The translations under genes were made by a program, and so were the position numbers. Source: an uncultured Verrucomicrobiota bacterium (GTDB taxonomy: Bacteria > Verrucomicrobiota > Verrucomicrobiia > Limisphaerales > UBA8199). From it: a stretch of 64,000 nucleotides of DNA. Below the pieces are notes generated by a model. The model saw only the letters and a program-made list of their open reading frames with translations. It made no database searches and was not told the origin of the DNA. The stretch spans positions 65,646-129,645 of the forward strand of contig CAZZFF010000001.1 in assembly GCA_964653485.1 (NCBI GenBank), given 5' to 3'. This document shows positions 8,661 to 17,573 of the stretch, one piece after another. Every line of letters starts with the position of its first letter. Position 1 is the first letter of the stretch.

Positions 8661-9032
8661 TCAGTTCACGCCTTCGATTCCTCGATGGTGCCATTCCACG
8701 CGCACGTTGTTCTCCGCCGTGAGGCCGCAGAGACGAATAATCCGATCGTCGTCGGGGTAATTCACGGCTTTGAACTTCGTCAGTTCCTGGATAATGGCCT
8801 CGACATCGTTGCCCTTTAGCTCGCCCTGGCACTTCGGATTCTCTTCGCGCAAGGCTCTGAGGACTTTCCGGTAATGCCCAAGCTGATCGCCGCCGAGGGG
8901 GTCCACCGCTCGATTCCAGGCGACGTTCGCCAGGAGCAGCGCGGCGGCGACAGCCTCGCGACTGGATTTCTCGGTCGGCTGCGCCAACGCTTGCTCCGCC
9001 AGGGCGAGGATTATTTTCGACATTTTCTGCAT
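8661..9032 (-). CDS. hypothetical protein (start taken at MQKMSKIIL)
   Basis: This is the downstream part of ORF 8661-9179. The sequence upstream of this Met is not protein-like. Confidence 0.55.
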   Translation of the reverse strand: MQKMSKIILALAEQALAQPTEKSSREAVAAALLLANVAWNRAVDPLGGDQLGHYRKVLRALREENPKCQGELKGNDVEAIIQELTKFKAVNYPDDDRIIRLCGLTAENNVRVEWHHRGIEGVN

Positions 9033-9237
9033 TCGTTGGTCAAGGGTAGAAGTCCAGGCCGGGAGCCGCAAGACCATCCAGCCGATGATGCCAGAAAAAC
9101 CAAGGTGGTCGCGGCCTTCGCCAACACTCGTCAGGCAGGAGGCGGGTCTGGCAGCGGAATCGGCGAGGCTGCCGCCCACCTCCCTTGGCCCATGTCCTCT
9201 GAGCGCACCGGGGCGACGGGCGAGTCAAGGGGGCGGA

Positions 9238-9483
9238 TCAAGCTCCTTTAACCAACCGGCCAACATGAGCATCCAAGAAGGAGGCCAGATTTACAATCGA
9301 GGCCGTCTGTGACCGAGCGTTCTTTTGACCAGGCTCTTTCAGGAGCCGGTAGTCGATAAGCCGTTTGCCAACATGGTCTATGGCAACAAAGCCCTTCTCC
9401 GTCTTCCACAATTGCCCTTTGGCAAGGGTAGGAAAATCTGCTTTGGCTTTCCCTGCTGCTGGCCGGTTGGAGGCGATGCTCAA
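9238..9483 (-). CDS. hypothetical protein (81 aa)
   Basis: ORF starting 6 nt downstream of the HU gene stop, same strand. Confidence 0.5.
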   Translation of the reverse strand: MSIASNRPAAGKAKADFPTLAKGQLWKTEKGFVAIDHVGKRLIDYRLLKEPGQKNARSQTASIVNLASFLDAHVGRLVKGA

Positions 9484-9488
9484 GGCAC

Positions 9489-9776
9489 TTACTTGGTGCC
9501 CAGAATCGCGTCCTTCGCTGCCTTGGCGACGCGGAATTTCACCACACGCTTGGCGGGAATCTTGATGGACGCGCCCGTGGCGGGGTTGCGGCCCATCCGG
9601 GCCTTGCGGTTCACCAGTACCAGCTTGCCCAGGCCGGGAAGGGTGAAGGAGTTTTTGGCGTTCTTGTAGGCCAACGCCACGAGGGCTTCCAGGGTCTGGA
9701 CGGCCTGGGTCTTGGTCAGGCCCACGGTTTTCGCCACGGAAGCGGCGATCTGCGATTTAGTGAGTGTTTTTGCCAT
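9489..9776 (-). CDS. hup: HU/IHF-family nucleoid DNA-binding protein
   Basis: MAKTLTKSQIAASVAKTVGLTKTQA...LPGLGKLVLVNRKARMGRNPATGASIKIPAKRVVKFRVAKAAKD matches the HU signature (R.aR.GRNP.TG..i.I). Confidence 0.9.
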   Translation of the reverse strand: MAKTLTKSQIAASVAKTVGLTKTQAVQTLEALVALAYKNAKNSFTLPGLGKLVLVNRKARMGRNPATGASIKIPAKRVVKFRVAKAAKDAILGTK

Positions 9777-9924
9777 AGTGCCGGAAGGGGTAGAGGTAAG
9801 AGCACCTTCGTTCAAGCCGAAAATCCTCCCAGCGGCGCGGTCAACGGCGGGCGCAGGACCACCCGTCGCCAGGCAGCCGTCAGATCGGCATGGGGCCGAA
9901 CCGGCTGTGAACGGCGTCATTTCC

Positions 9925-10224
9925 TCAAGGGGCGTCCCCTCGAATGGTTCCGCACTTCCAGCAAGACGTGAACTGCCCCTCCGACTCCTCGCCACAGGAG
10001 GCACAGGTCCACGATCCGGACCCTGGGGCGCTGGACTTCCGAAATGCCGTGAGCACTTTGGAGGCGACTGGGAGGTCGGCATCATCGACCCACAGCTTCG
10101 GGTAGAACTCGGCCCCTGGTAATGGCATTTCCGAGTTGGTGACCTCACTCGCAATCCCAACTTCGGCCAACATGCCTTTCAGCACATCGAGGTCTTCGAT
10201 TCTTGAGCAAAGTAGAAGCATCAT
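9925..10224 (-). CDS. DUF2007-like small protein with C-terminal CxxC...CxxC zinc ribbon
   Basis: MMLLLCSRIEDLDVLKGMLAEVGIASEV...WTCASCGEESEGQFTSCWKCG. Start taken at the internal Met of ORF 9925-10731. Confidence 0.6.
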   Translation of the reverse strand: MMLLLCSRIEDLDVLKGMLAEVGIASEVTNSEMPLPGAEFYPKLWVDDADLPVASKVLTAFRKSSAPGSGSWTCASCGEESEGQFTSCWKCGTIRGDAP

Positions 10225-10345
10225 GAGTCGCTCACCGGAGCTGGTTTGGCCCAGACAGTGTATGCGCCCGGCTGAGAGGCGCAAGAGAAGTTCCAGCCGA
10301 GGTCGAGCGCGACAACTGGCCCTGGCTCCTGTAACCTGGAGCCGG

Positions 10346-11881
10346 ATGAAGCGTTGGAGCAAACGGTTGGGATATTGCGTCGCCGGGTTGACGGTCGTTT
10401 TCATGCTCGCGGTTCTGGCGGAGCGCCTACGGGGGGAGCGGGCCTTGAGCGCCCAGTTGAACGCCCTGGCCGTCAAAGGTGAAGTGCTCTCGCTCGGCGA
10501 GTTGAAGCCCAAGCGCCCGGCATCCGACCAAAACCTGTTCGCGGTACTGCTGGCCCTCACCAACCGCTTGGAGAGCATAGCCAGCAACCTGGACATTGCG
10601 CCGCCGTCGCTGCGGTTGACCTCTCCGGGCCGGGCCGTGGTTGTGGCCAAACTGGAGGAATGGTCTGACGACGGAAAGACAACCAACGATTGGCGCAGGG
10701 TTGGGTTGGGCCTGGAGCAGGCGCAAGACACCCTTGCCCGGCTGGAGGCCGCTGTTCAGAAACCTGCCTACGACAGCGGCGTTGATTACGAGAAAGGCTT
10801 CGTGGATTTTCAGCTAAAGCCCGTCTGGGTCATCAGACCGGCGTATCAACTCCTGGGCCGGTCTGTCCTCTACTCCCTGAAGGAAGGGAATCTGGATGCG
10901 GCGTACCAAGACCTTATAGCCCTGATGACGCTGACGGCCAAGCAGACCCCAGAGCCGCTCATCGTCTGTCAGTTAATCCGCCAGGGCTGCGCTGCATGGG
11001 CCTTCAGTGCGACATGGCAGGCGCTCCAGGCTGACGGCTGGACCGACACCCAGTTGGCTTCTCTGGGAGCGGCTTGGCAGCGCTGCGATTTCGTGAAGGA
11101 CATGGCCGACGCGATGGAGATGGAGCGGGCCATGACCCTGGATTTCTACACGCAGATCAGGGAGTCCCGGAAGAAATTGGACTTCGTCGTCCAACAGCAC
11201 CACAAAGCCCAGGAAATGACGGATGGGGCATTCGGGGCGTTGCCCACGCGGGGTGTTGTCTTGAACTGGCTGCACCTTCCAGTATGGCGAGTGGCCTGGC
11301 TGGCCCAGGACGAGCTTGGGTGCCTCGAAGAGTGGCAGTTCATGATCGAGCGCGAACGGCTGGCTCGGACCAATGGCTGGGCCGCGCTGGCTGGGGCCAA
11401 AGACCAACCGAGGCCGCATTGGAGACCGCCCATCGGCGGCGAGGAGAAACCGGGCTGGTATCATCGGATGAGGTTCCTGTTTGCCGATGAGAGCTTCTCG
11501 ATTAGCGACTCGATGATCCGCAGGACGCTGGAGGTCCAAACGCAACAGCAGATGGCCCTAGCGGTGCTGGGCATTCAACGCTACCGGCTTCGGACCGGGA
11601 GGCTGCCTGCACAGCTTTCCGATTTGGTTCCCGGTTACCTCAGCGTGTCGCCTCACGATTTCATGGATGGCAAGGCGCTGCGGTATCGTCTGCGCCCAGG
11701 TAATGAGGGTTTCCTGCTTTATTCTGTCGGCGAGGACGGAAAGGACGACGGCGGCGATCCTGCCCAGCAGGAAGGGAAGGAGCGTTACCGCCAGATTTGG
11801 GATGGACGCGACGCGGTTTGGCCGTGTGCCGCCACGGTGGAGGAAGCCAACCTGGCCGTAGGCCCCACCAAGCATGACTGA
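10346..11881 (+). CDS. membrane-anchored hypothetical protein with pseudopilin-like C-terminal DGKDDGGD motif
   Basis: Start at MKRWSKRLGYCVAGLTVVFMLAVL (signal anchor). The C-terminus is LLYSVGEDGKDDGGDP. Confidence 0.65.
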   Translation: MKRWSKRLGYCVAGLTVVFMLAVLAERLRGERALSAQLNALAVKGEVLSLGELKPKRPASDQNLFAVLLALTNRLESIASNLDIAPPSLRLTSPGRAVVVAKLEEWSDDGKTTNDWRRVGLGLEQAQDTLARLEAAVQKPAYDSGVDYEKGFVDFQLKPVWVIRPAYQLLGRSVLYSLKEGNLDAAYQDLIALMTLTAKQTPEPLIVCQLIRQGCAAWAFSATWQALQADGWTDTQLASLGAAWQRCDFVKDMADAMEMERAMTLDFYTQIRESRKKLDFVVQQHHKAQEMTDGAFGALPTRGVVLNWLHLPVWRVAWLAQDELGCLEEWQFMIERERLARTNGWAALAGAKDQPRPHWRPPIGGEEKPGWYHRMRFLFADESFSISDSMIRRTLEVQTQQQMALAVLGIQRYRLRTGRLPAQLSDLVPGYLSVSPHDFMDGKALRYRLRPGNEGFLLYSVGEDGKDDGGDPAQQEGKERYRQIWDGRDAVWPCAATVEEANLAVGPTKHD

Positions 11882-12332
11882 GCCAGAATCTCGGGCCATT
11901 TACCCCGCCGTTCTTCAGTGGGCACGGCAGATGCTCGCCCAACATGCCCCAGCAGCCCGGCCCGTAAGCACCCTGGGTTTAGAACGGCTACCAGGGTTTT
12001 ATCGTGCTCCAACCCTCACCAGTTCGAAGGTGGTTGCGGTTCAGCGCATCCCCGTGCCGCCGCTTTCCGCCATGGGCTTGGACCGCTTCGCGGCCCTTGA
12101 GCGGATGGAGATGTCGGGCATCACTTACCTGGACACGTATTTCCTTCGGGCCGACCGAGCTTGGGAGGAGTCGCTGCATTTCCACGAACTGGTCCATGTC
12201 ATCCAGTGGCGAATCTTCGGTCCCGAACGTTCCCTTTGGCTCTACTCGGATGGGCTGGAGCACTTCGGCTACCGCACCAGCCCGCTTGAAGTCGTCGCGT
12301 ATGACTTGCAGGCCCAGTTTGACACAGGCTGA
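11874..12332 (+). CDS. hypothetical protein with HExxH motif (HFHELVHVIQW), putative zinc metallopeptidase-like
   Basis: Start overlaps the upstream stop by 8 nt. The HELVH motif was read from the translation. Confidence 0.6.
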   Translation: MTEPESRAIYPAVLQWARQMLAQHAPAARPVSTLGLERLPGFYRAPTLTSSKVVAVQRIPVPPLSAMGLDRFAALERMEMSGITYLDTYFLRADRAWEESLHFHELVHVIQWRIFGPERSLWLYSDGLEHFGYRTSPLEVVAYDLQAQFDTG

Positions 12333-13157
12333 TCACACCGACATCCTGAACCGGCACCTGGGGTAGCCGGAGCAGCCCCAGAACTGCTTCCCCGCGCCCG
12401 GCCCCCTGCCCGCCGTCCGCAGCACCATCTCCCGCTCGCACTTGGGGCACAGCTTCCGGCTGTCGTGCAGGATTTCGAGGACAGCCGGGTCGAACCTGGC
12501 GTCGGTCGCTTCGAGCATTGCGGCCAACTCGGTTTCATTCACCATGACGATGCCGTGCTTGTCGGCCAACTGCCTTGCGTCCCCGGTGTAGCCGCCCAGG
12601 GTGATGAACAGCCCGCGCTGGATTCCTGCGTCGGTGAGCGCCCCGAGAAGCTCTCGCACGGCCCTCACGCCCACGTTCCAGGTCTTCCAGTGCTTGCACT
12701 GGACGGCGGTGCGCGTTCCGGCCTTCTCGATGACAAGGTCGATGCCGCCGTCCGGGTTCGCGCCCCCGCGCCTGCTGACGGCGTAGCCCTGCTTCCGGTA
12801 AACGAGGGCGACCAGTTGCTCGAACTGGAACCAGTCGATGGACCGCAGTTGGTGGACGAGTTGCTCGGTGGTCGGCTTTTCGGCCCTGTTCGCGTTGGAC
12901 CCCTCCGAGGTCGCCAACAGTGGGTAGATGCCGGACGGGGACGTTTGGGCTGTCCCACGCTGGGCAAGCACCTTATATGTGCCCAGCATCAGGACACCGA
13001 CAATCACCAGGACCAACAGGACGGCGAGCGGCCAACCGACCCCCGTCACCATCCGGCGAAAGGGCGGATAAATGAAGGCCAAGCCCGAGAACAGCCCAAT
13101 ACACTGGGCGACGGGCCATATCCAGTCATCATCTCGTCGGCGTCGAGCCATCGGCAA
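12333..13157 (-). CDS. Mrr-type restriction endonuclease domain protein with N-terminal TM segments and C-terminal topoisomerase-type C4 zinc finger
   Basis: WFQFEQLVALVYRKQGY...GGIDLVIEK...AVQCKHW matches the Mrr_cat core. CPKCEREMVL...FWGCSGYPRCRF matches zf-C4_Topoisom. Two hydrophobic helices lie at the N-terminus. Confidence 0.8.
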   Translation of the reverse strand: MPMARRRRDDDWIWPVAQCIGLFSGLAFIYPPFRRMVTGVGWPLAVLLVLVIVGVLMLGTYKVLAQRGTAQTSPSGIYPLLATSEGSNANRAEKPTTEQLVHQLRSIDWFQFEQLVALVYRKQGYAVSRRGGANPDGGIDLVIEKAGTRTAVQCKHWKTWNVGVRAVRELLGALTDAGIQRGLFITLGGYTGDARQLADKHGIVMVNETELAAMLEATDARFDPAVLEILHDSRKLCPKCEREMVLRTAGRGPGAGKQFWGCSGYPRCRFRMSV

Positions 13158-13272
13158 CGGTTTCAGGGCATGGCACGTCCCGAACGGCCAGGCCGCAGCA
13201 GTCCTTGAGCAGCACCAAGTGGGCCATATTGCTGCTGTTCCACTTTCCGCCCGCTGCCCCGCCGCCGAGGTC

Positions 13273-13449
13273 AGGAGCGCGGCCCGCGCCCCTGGGCGAT
13301 TGGGAGGCCGTAAGCCTCTCTCGCTCCAAGACCCGAGAGTTCAGACGGCCAAGACCCTCACCGCCGACCGCAACATCCCCGTGGCCGACATTTGCGCCAC
13401 GCTCAAGATTTCACGGGCAATGTTGTACCGCTATGTGGGGATGAATTGA
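13273..13449 (+). pseudogene. second serine recombinase 3' fragment (HTH domain only)
   Basis: RSAARAPGRLGGRKPLSLQDPRVQTAKTLTADRNIPVADICATLKISRAMLYRYVGMN* parallels 6520-6695 at protein level. There is no catalytic domain upstream. Confidence 0.65.
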
Positions 13450-13781
13450 ACGACGCCAGACATGCGGTGGTGCCTGGGGATGGCCATCCCATCTATCGCT
13501 GGGACGCAAGCTGGAGCGTCAACGGCCCGCAGTTTCCCGATGCTCTGGTGGAGATCGGCGGCGATGATGAATTTCACCGGCATGACTTTTTCAGCGCCTC
13601 CGCGATCCACACCATGCCCTCGGTGTCCTGGCCGCAATACTCCTCCAACTCGCGCTGGACCATTTGGCGCTCCGCAACCGGGACATCGGTGAAATTCCAC
13701 CGCAGAAACTCCAGGCTGGCGGTGCCGCCCTCCTGGACGCGCAGGCGCAAAGCCGGATGCCTTGCCGACTCATTTTGCGGA

Positions 13782-16292
13782 CTACGGCGAACGGATGCGG
13801 TAAAACCGAAGCGCGGCGTTGGTCCATCCTGGGTCCGTGAAATGGATCAATCCGTTGGTGAGCGTGGCGCTTTTCAACGGAACCCATGCTCCGCCGAGCA
13901 GGCCATCGGCAGCTTCGACCACCACGGGGATGTTCGTCGTCCCAGTAATGTCGAAGCCGAATTGGTCACCGCGCACGCCTGGGCTGTGGACAACAGGGTT
14001 CCACAGCGCGGCTGGAACCCCGCAATACGTGGGGTCCCAGCCGATGGTGCCGGGCAGGTAATACACGGTTGGAAAATAGTAAGACGGAAAAACATCAGCG
14101 CCAGCCGATGGGGCGTTTCCCATAAAGAAGGCTTCGGCCAGGTCGGAGCAGTCATAGAAGACATCCCAACCCAGGCTGACGACACTGGCAGGGATCGTGA
14201 TCGTGGTGAGGCTGGCGCAGCCGTAGAAGGCGTAGTCCGCAATGTTCGTAACGCTGTCAGGGACTGAGACGCTGCTCAGGCTGGAACAACAAAAAAACGC
14301 CTCGTGAGGGATGCTGGTCACGCCAAACGGAATCGCAATCCCACGCAGGCTGGAGCAGTAGCTGAAAGCGTATGGGCCAATGCTGCTGATGCTCTTGGGT
14401 ATTGTGATGTTGGTGATGCCGCCGCAGTCCGAGAAGGCGCTGTCTCCGATGCCGACGACGCCGTCTGGAATCGCGACGGCGGTAAGCCCTGCGCAGCCTT
14501 CAAACGCGAACCCTAAAATATTGGTGACCGTGCTCGGGACCGAGTAAGCCCCGGTTCCGGTCGGCGGGCATTGGATGAGCAAGGAGTGACTCTTGTCGAA
14601 CAGGACCCCGCCCAGACTGCTGTATGCCTCATTTGCCGAATCCACATCGATGCTCTGGAGAGCGGCGCACTCAGCGAACGCCTGGCTCCCGATGTTGGTG
14701 ACGCTCGCGGGAATGGCAACGTTGGTGAGGCTGCCGCAGCGTTGGAAGGCGCTGGCTCCGATGGTCGTGACGCTCGCAGAAATCGTGACGTTGGTGAGGC
14801 CGTTGCAACCGTAAAAGGCGTTGTCTCCAATGCTGGTGACACCGTTGGGAATGGCGAGCGTGGTCAAACTGGTGCAGTTCGCGAAAGCCGCTGCCCCGAT
14901 TATTGTGACGCTGCTTGGAAGGGTGATGCCCATCAGGCTGCTGCAACCATCAAACGCGGCCACGTCAATGTTGGTAACGCTGTCGGGAATGGTGATGCTG
15001 ACCAGGCTGAGGCACTGATAGAACGCATCGTAGCCGACGCTGGCGACGCCGCTGGGTATGGCGGCATTCGTCAGGCTTACGCAACCCTGAAACGTCTCCT
15101 CTCCGATGCTCTTGATGCTGCTGGGAATCGCGATGTTGACGAGGCCGGAGAAGCTGAACGCACCGTCCCCAATGCTGAGGACGCCGGGGGGAAGCACGAT
15201 CGAGGTAAGGCTGTAACAGGAACTGAACGCAGAGCCGCCGATGTTGGTGACGCCGCCCCCTATCGTGGCGCTCATCAGGCCAGTGCAGTTCTGAAACGCG
15301 CCGCCGCCGATGCTGGTAACGTTGTCCGGTACAGTGATGCTACCGAGGTTGTTGCAGCCGAAGAAATCACCAGCGCCAACGCTCGTGACATTCCGTCCGA
15401 AGGTGACTTTTGACAAACGCGAGCACCCTTGGCAGATATTGGCCCCGAGTGTAATGACGCTGTCTGGAATCACTAAGTCGGTGAGGCTGGTGCAAGCCGC
15501 GAATACGCTGTCCTCGATGCTGATGACGCTGTCGGGGATCGTTGGATTGGTCAAGTTGACGCACCGGTAGAAAGCATAATCTCCAATGCTGTTGACACTC
15601 GCGGGGATGGCGACGGTGGTGAGACTGGCACAGCCCTCGAACGTGTAGGCCGCGATTGCGGTGACCTGGTCCGGGATCACGACATCGACGAGGCCGCTGT
15701 AAATGAATGCGCTGCTCCCGATGCTGGTGACGCTGGCAGGGAGCGAAAGGGTGGCAAGGCTGCCGCAGTAGGAGAAGGCAAGGTCGCCAATGTTGGTAAC
15801 GCTGCTCGGGAGGGCCACATTGGTTAGGCTCAGGCAGTAGAAGAAGGCCCAGGCGGGCACCCTGGTTACGCTGTTCGGGATGCTGACGGTCGTCAGGCTG
15901 GAGCAGGCCGCGAACGCGCTGTCGCCGATGCTCGTAACGCTTGCGGGGATAATCAGGTTCGTGAGGGCGGAGCAGCCGTCGAAGGTGCTGTTGCCAATGG
16001 TCGTGACGCCATCGGAGATCGTAACACTGGTCAAGTTGGTGTTCTCATCGAAGGCGGAATCGCCGATGCCGGTGACCGGGAGACCGTTGATCATGCTGGG
16101 AACACTGACCACAGCATTGGTGCCAGTGTAGCCGGTGATCGTGATCGTCCCGTTTGTGGTGGTGTATGAGAACTGAGCTTGAAGAATCGCTGGAGAGACG
16201 AGGATCAACAGCATGAATACAACGCCCATCCCGGGGCGCGGGACCGAAGGGCTTGGAAAGTCGTTTTTTCCGATGTGGACGTTCTCTCTCAT
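13782..16292 (-). CDS. BspA-type leucine-rich repeat (LRR_5) surface protein with RFYR C-terminal domain
   Basis: Signal peptide, then QAQFSYTTTNGTITITGYTG, then about 30 repeats of the form IP.SVTSIGD.AF..C.SLT.V, ending ...LRFYRIRSP. GGAGGA lies upstream of the ATG. Confidence 0.85.
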   Translation of the reverse strand: MRENVHIGKNDFPSPSVPRPGMGVVFMLLILVSPAILQAQFSYTTTNGTITITGYTGTNAVVSVPSMINGLPVTGIGDSAFDENTNLTSVTISDGVTTIGNSTFDGCSALTNLIIPASVTSIGDSAFAACSSLTTVSIPNSVTRVPAWAFFYCLSLTNVALPSSVTNIGDLAFSYCGSLATLSLPASVTSIGSSAFIYSGLVDVVIPDQVTAIAAYTFEGCASLTTVAIPASVNSIGDYAFYRCVNLTNPTIPDSVISIEDSVFAACTSLTDLVIPDSVITLGANICQGCSRLSKVTFGRNVTSVGAGDFFGCNNLGSITVPDNVTSIGGGAFQNCTGLMSATIGGGVTNIGGSAFSSCYSLTSIVLPPGVLSIGDGAFSFSGLVNIAIPSSIKSIGEETFQGCVSLTNAAIPSGVASVGYDAFYQCLSLVSITIPDSVTNIDVAAFDGCSSLMGITLPSSVTIIGAAAFANCTSLTTLAIPNGVTSIGDNAFYGCNGLTNVTISASVTTIGASAFQRCGSLTNVAIPASVTNIGSQAFAECAALQSIDVDSANEAYSSLGGVLFDKSHSLLIQCPPTGTGAYSVPSTVTNILGFAFEGCAGLTAVAIPDGVVGIGDSAFSDCGGITNITIPKSISSIGPYAFSYCSSLRGIAIPFGVTSIPHEAFFCCSSLSSVSVPDSVTNIADYAFYGCASLTTITIPASVVSLGWDVFYDCSDLAEAFFMGNAPSAGADVFPSYYFPTVYYLPGTIGWDPTYCGVPAALWNPVVHSPGVRGDQFGFDITGTTNIPVVVEAADGLLGGAWVPLKSATLTNGLIHFTDPGWTNAALRFYRIRSP

Positions 16293-16299
16293 GCGGGTC

Positions 16300-16570
16300 C
16301 TCCAAAGTTAAACATGCAGGTTCCACCACAACGAACCGTAAACAGCGACAGCCTGAATCGTCAAGCACAGTGCTCAGCCAATAGCAGCCGCACAGGCTTC
16401 GGAGACCCCTCCGTGACCCTCCTCCCGCCTTGACGGCCCGGCTGGACAGGGTTGTCCTCGGCCCTGCGCCCTCGCGGGCACCGCCCGCCGCGCGGGATGC
16501 CGTGCTTGATGGCGGTGTCCAGGGCGGCGCGGTTTGCCCCGGTCTGCCTGCCCGACACAAACTTGATCAC
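16300..16570 (-). pseudogene. cpYpsA (circularly permuted YpsA SLOG, formerly MoCo_carrier) fragment, frameshifted and 3'-truncated
   Basis: [39 protein letters not shown] matches the SGGQTGADRAALD...GGWCPKGR.AEDG signature. The expected continuation (W....DSDG) appears in another frame, and the gene runs into the LRR gene start. Confidence 0.45.
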
Positions 16571-16815
16571 GTCGGCTGCCGTGTGGAGCCGAGCGTAAGC
16601 GTAAACGCTCAGATTTCCAATCCAGAACCAGGCAAGAACCAGGGGCGGCTGTGGCCCGCTAAAATCGGTTTTCGGCCCGGTGCCCTGCCTCGCGGCCCAA
16701 AGGGTGCGGTCCAACCACCAGGGCCATGGCCACGGCCAGTCTGGCGCAATTTCATACCGTCGTGGCCGATGGCCAGGAAAAAGTAGGCGAACGTCGTGGC
16801 GCTCTCTGTCGCCCT

Positions 16816-17004
16816 CTACGCCTCCCGCGCTACGATCTCGTGGCAAAACAGGGAAATCCACTCCCTGACCGCCTGCCGGTCCTCTTTGGAGCCGCCGCAC
16901 AATTCGTATTTGCCGTCCAGATGCTTGAGGAGCCGCGCCTGCCCGAAGATGGCGATGACTCTGCCCTCGTCTTTGAGGGCCGCGAACGGATTTCTGAATC
17001 TCAT
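16816..17004 (-). CDS. small hypothetical protein (62 aa)
   Basis: Protein-like ORF 14 nt downstream of 17019-17444, same strand. Confidence 0.4.
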   Translation of the reverse strand: MRFRNPFAALKDEGRVIAIFGQARLLKHLDGKYELCGGSKEDRQAVREWISLFCHEIVAREA

Positions 17005-17018
17005 AGAGGTTTAGGCGT

Positions 17019-17444
17019 TTATTCCTGGACCGTCATTTCTTTCCTTGGCCCCAGTGCGCGGAGCGCAGCCAGGCGGACCTTGACGGCTGACGGGTGGTTC
17101 CAGGCCCGGCTCGGCAGCGCCTCCAACTCCCTGAGCGCCTCGTCCGGCTCGCCCAACTCCAGCCAACAGCGGGCGCTCCTGACCCGCAAGGTGTCCTCCA
17201 TGGATAGCAGACCCGAGGCTCGCTCCGAGTGCTCGCGGACGTTCGGGTCTCCTCGCCCTGGGCAGGATGATTCGAGGCTTGGCCACGGTATCAGTTTGTG
17301 GAGCGCGGCCACAAATTCGATGGCCGCGCCGCCCGGCGCGAGCGGCACGCGTTCCTCTGGCACCCGCTGGGCCGCGTTGAGGATTAAGGCGTCGCCCGGC
17401 GCAAGGATTTGGACTGCTTTGAGAAACTGTTGTTTTCGTTTCAT
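17019..17444 (-). CDS. hypothetical protein, TPR-like C-terminal helix pair
   Basis: Start at [34 protein letters not shown] resembles a TPR helix. Confidence 0.5.
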   Translation of the reverse strand: MKRKQQFLKAVQILAPGDALILNAAQRVPEERVPLAPGGAAIEFVAALHKLIPWPSLESSCPGRGDPNVREHSERASGLLSMEDTLRVRSARCWLELGEPDEALRELEALPSRAWNHPSAVKVRLAALRALGPRKEMTVQE

Positions 17445-17573
17445 GCGCCCATCGTCCCACGGGCACCTGGACAAAGGCTGTCCAAGGGTAAGGTTTTTTT
17501 CGACAGGGCAGATGCGCCAATTCTCCGCCCGCTGACCCTCCCGTCCGGGTTGATTTCCTCGCTCCGCTGAGAT

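Noticed and set aside
14571-15413. Long antisense ORFs inside the LRR genes (14571-15413 +, 23431-24441 -, 54080-54520 +) with DAGDAVGN-like periodic peptides
   Set aside because: They are the reverse complements of the LRR codon repeats. The sense frames have signal peptides, canonical LRR_5 units and a shared C-terminal domain.
13782-16292. CRISPR-like regular periodicity (~69 nt) in the LRR genes
   Set aside because: The period equals the 23-aa LRR unit within one continuous ORF. The repeats are degenerate with no unique spacers, and there are no cas genes. It is not a CRISPR array.
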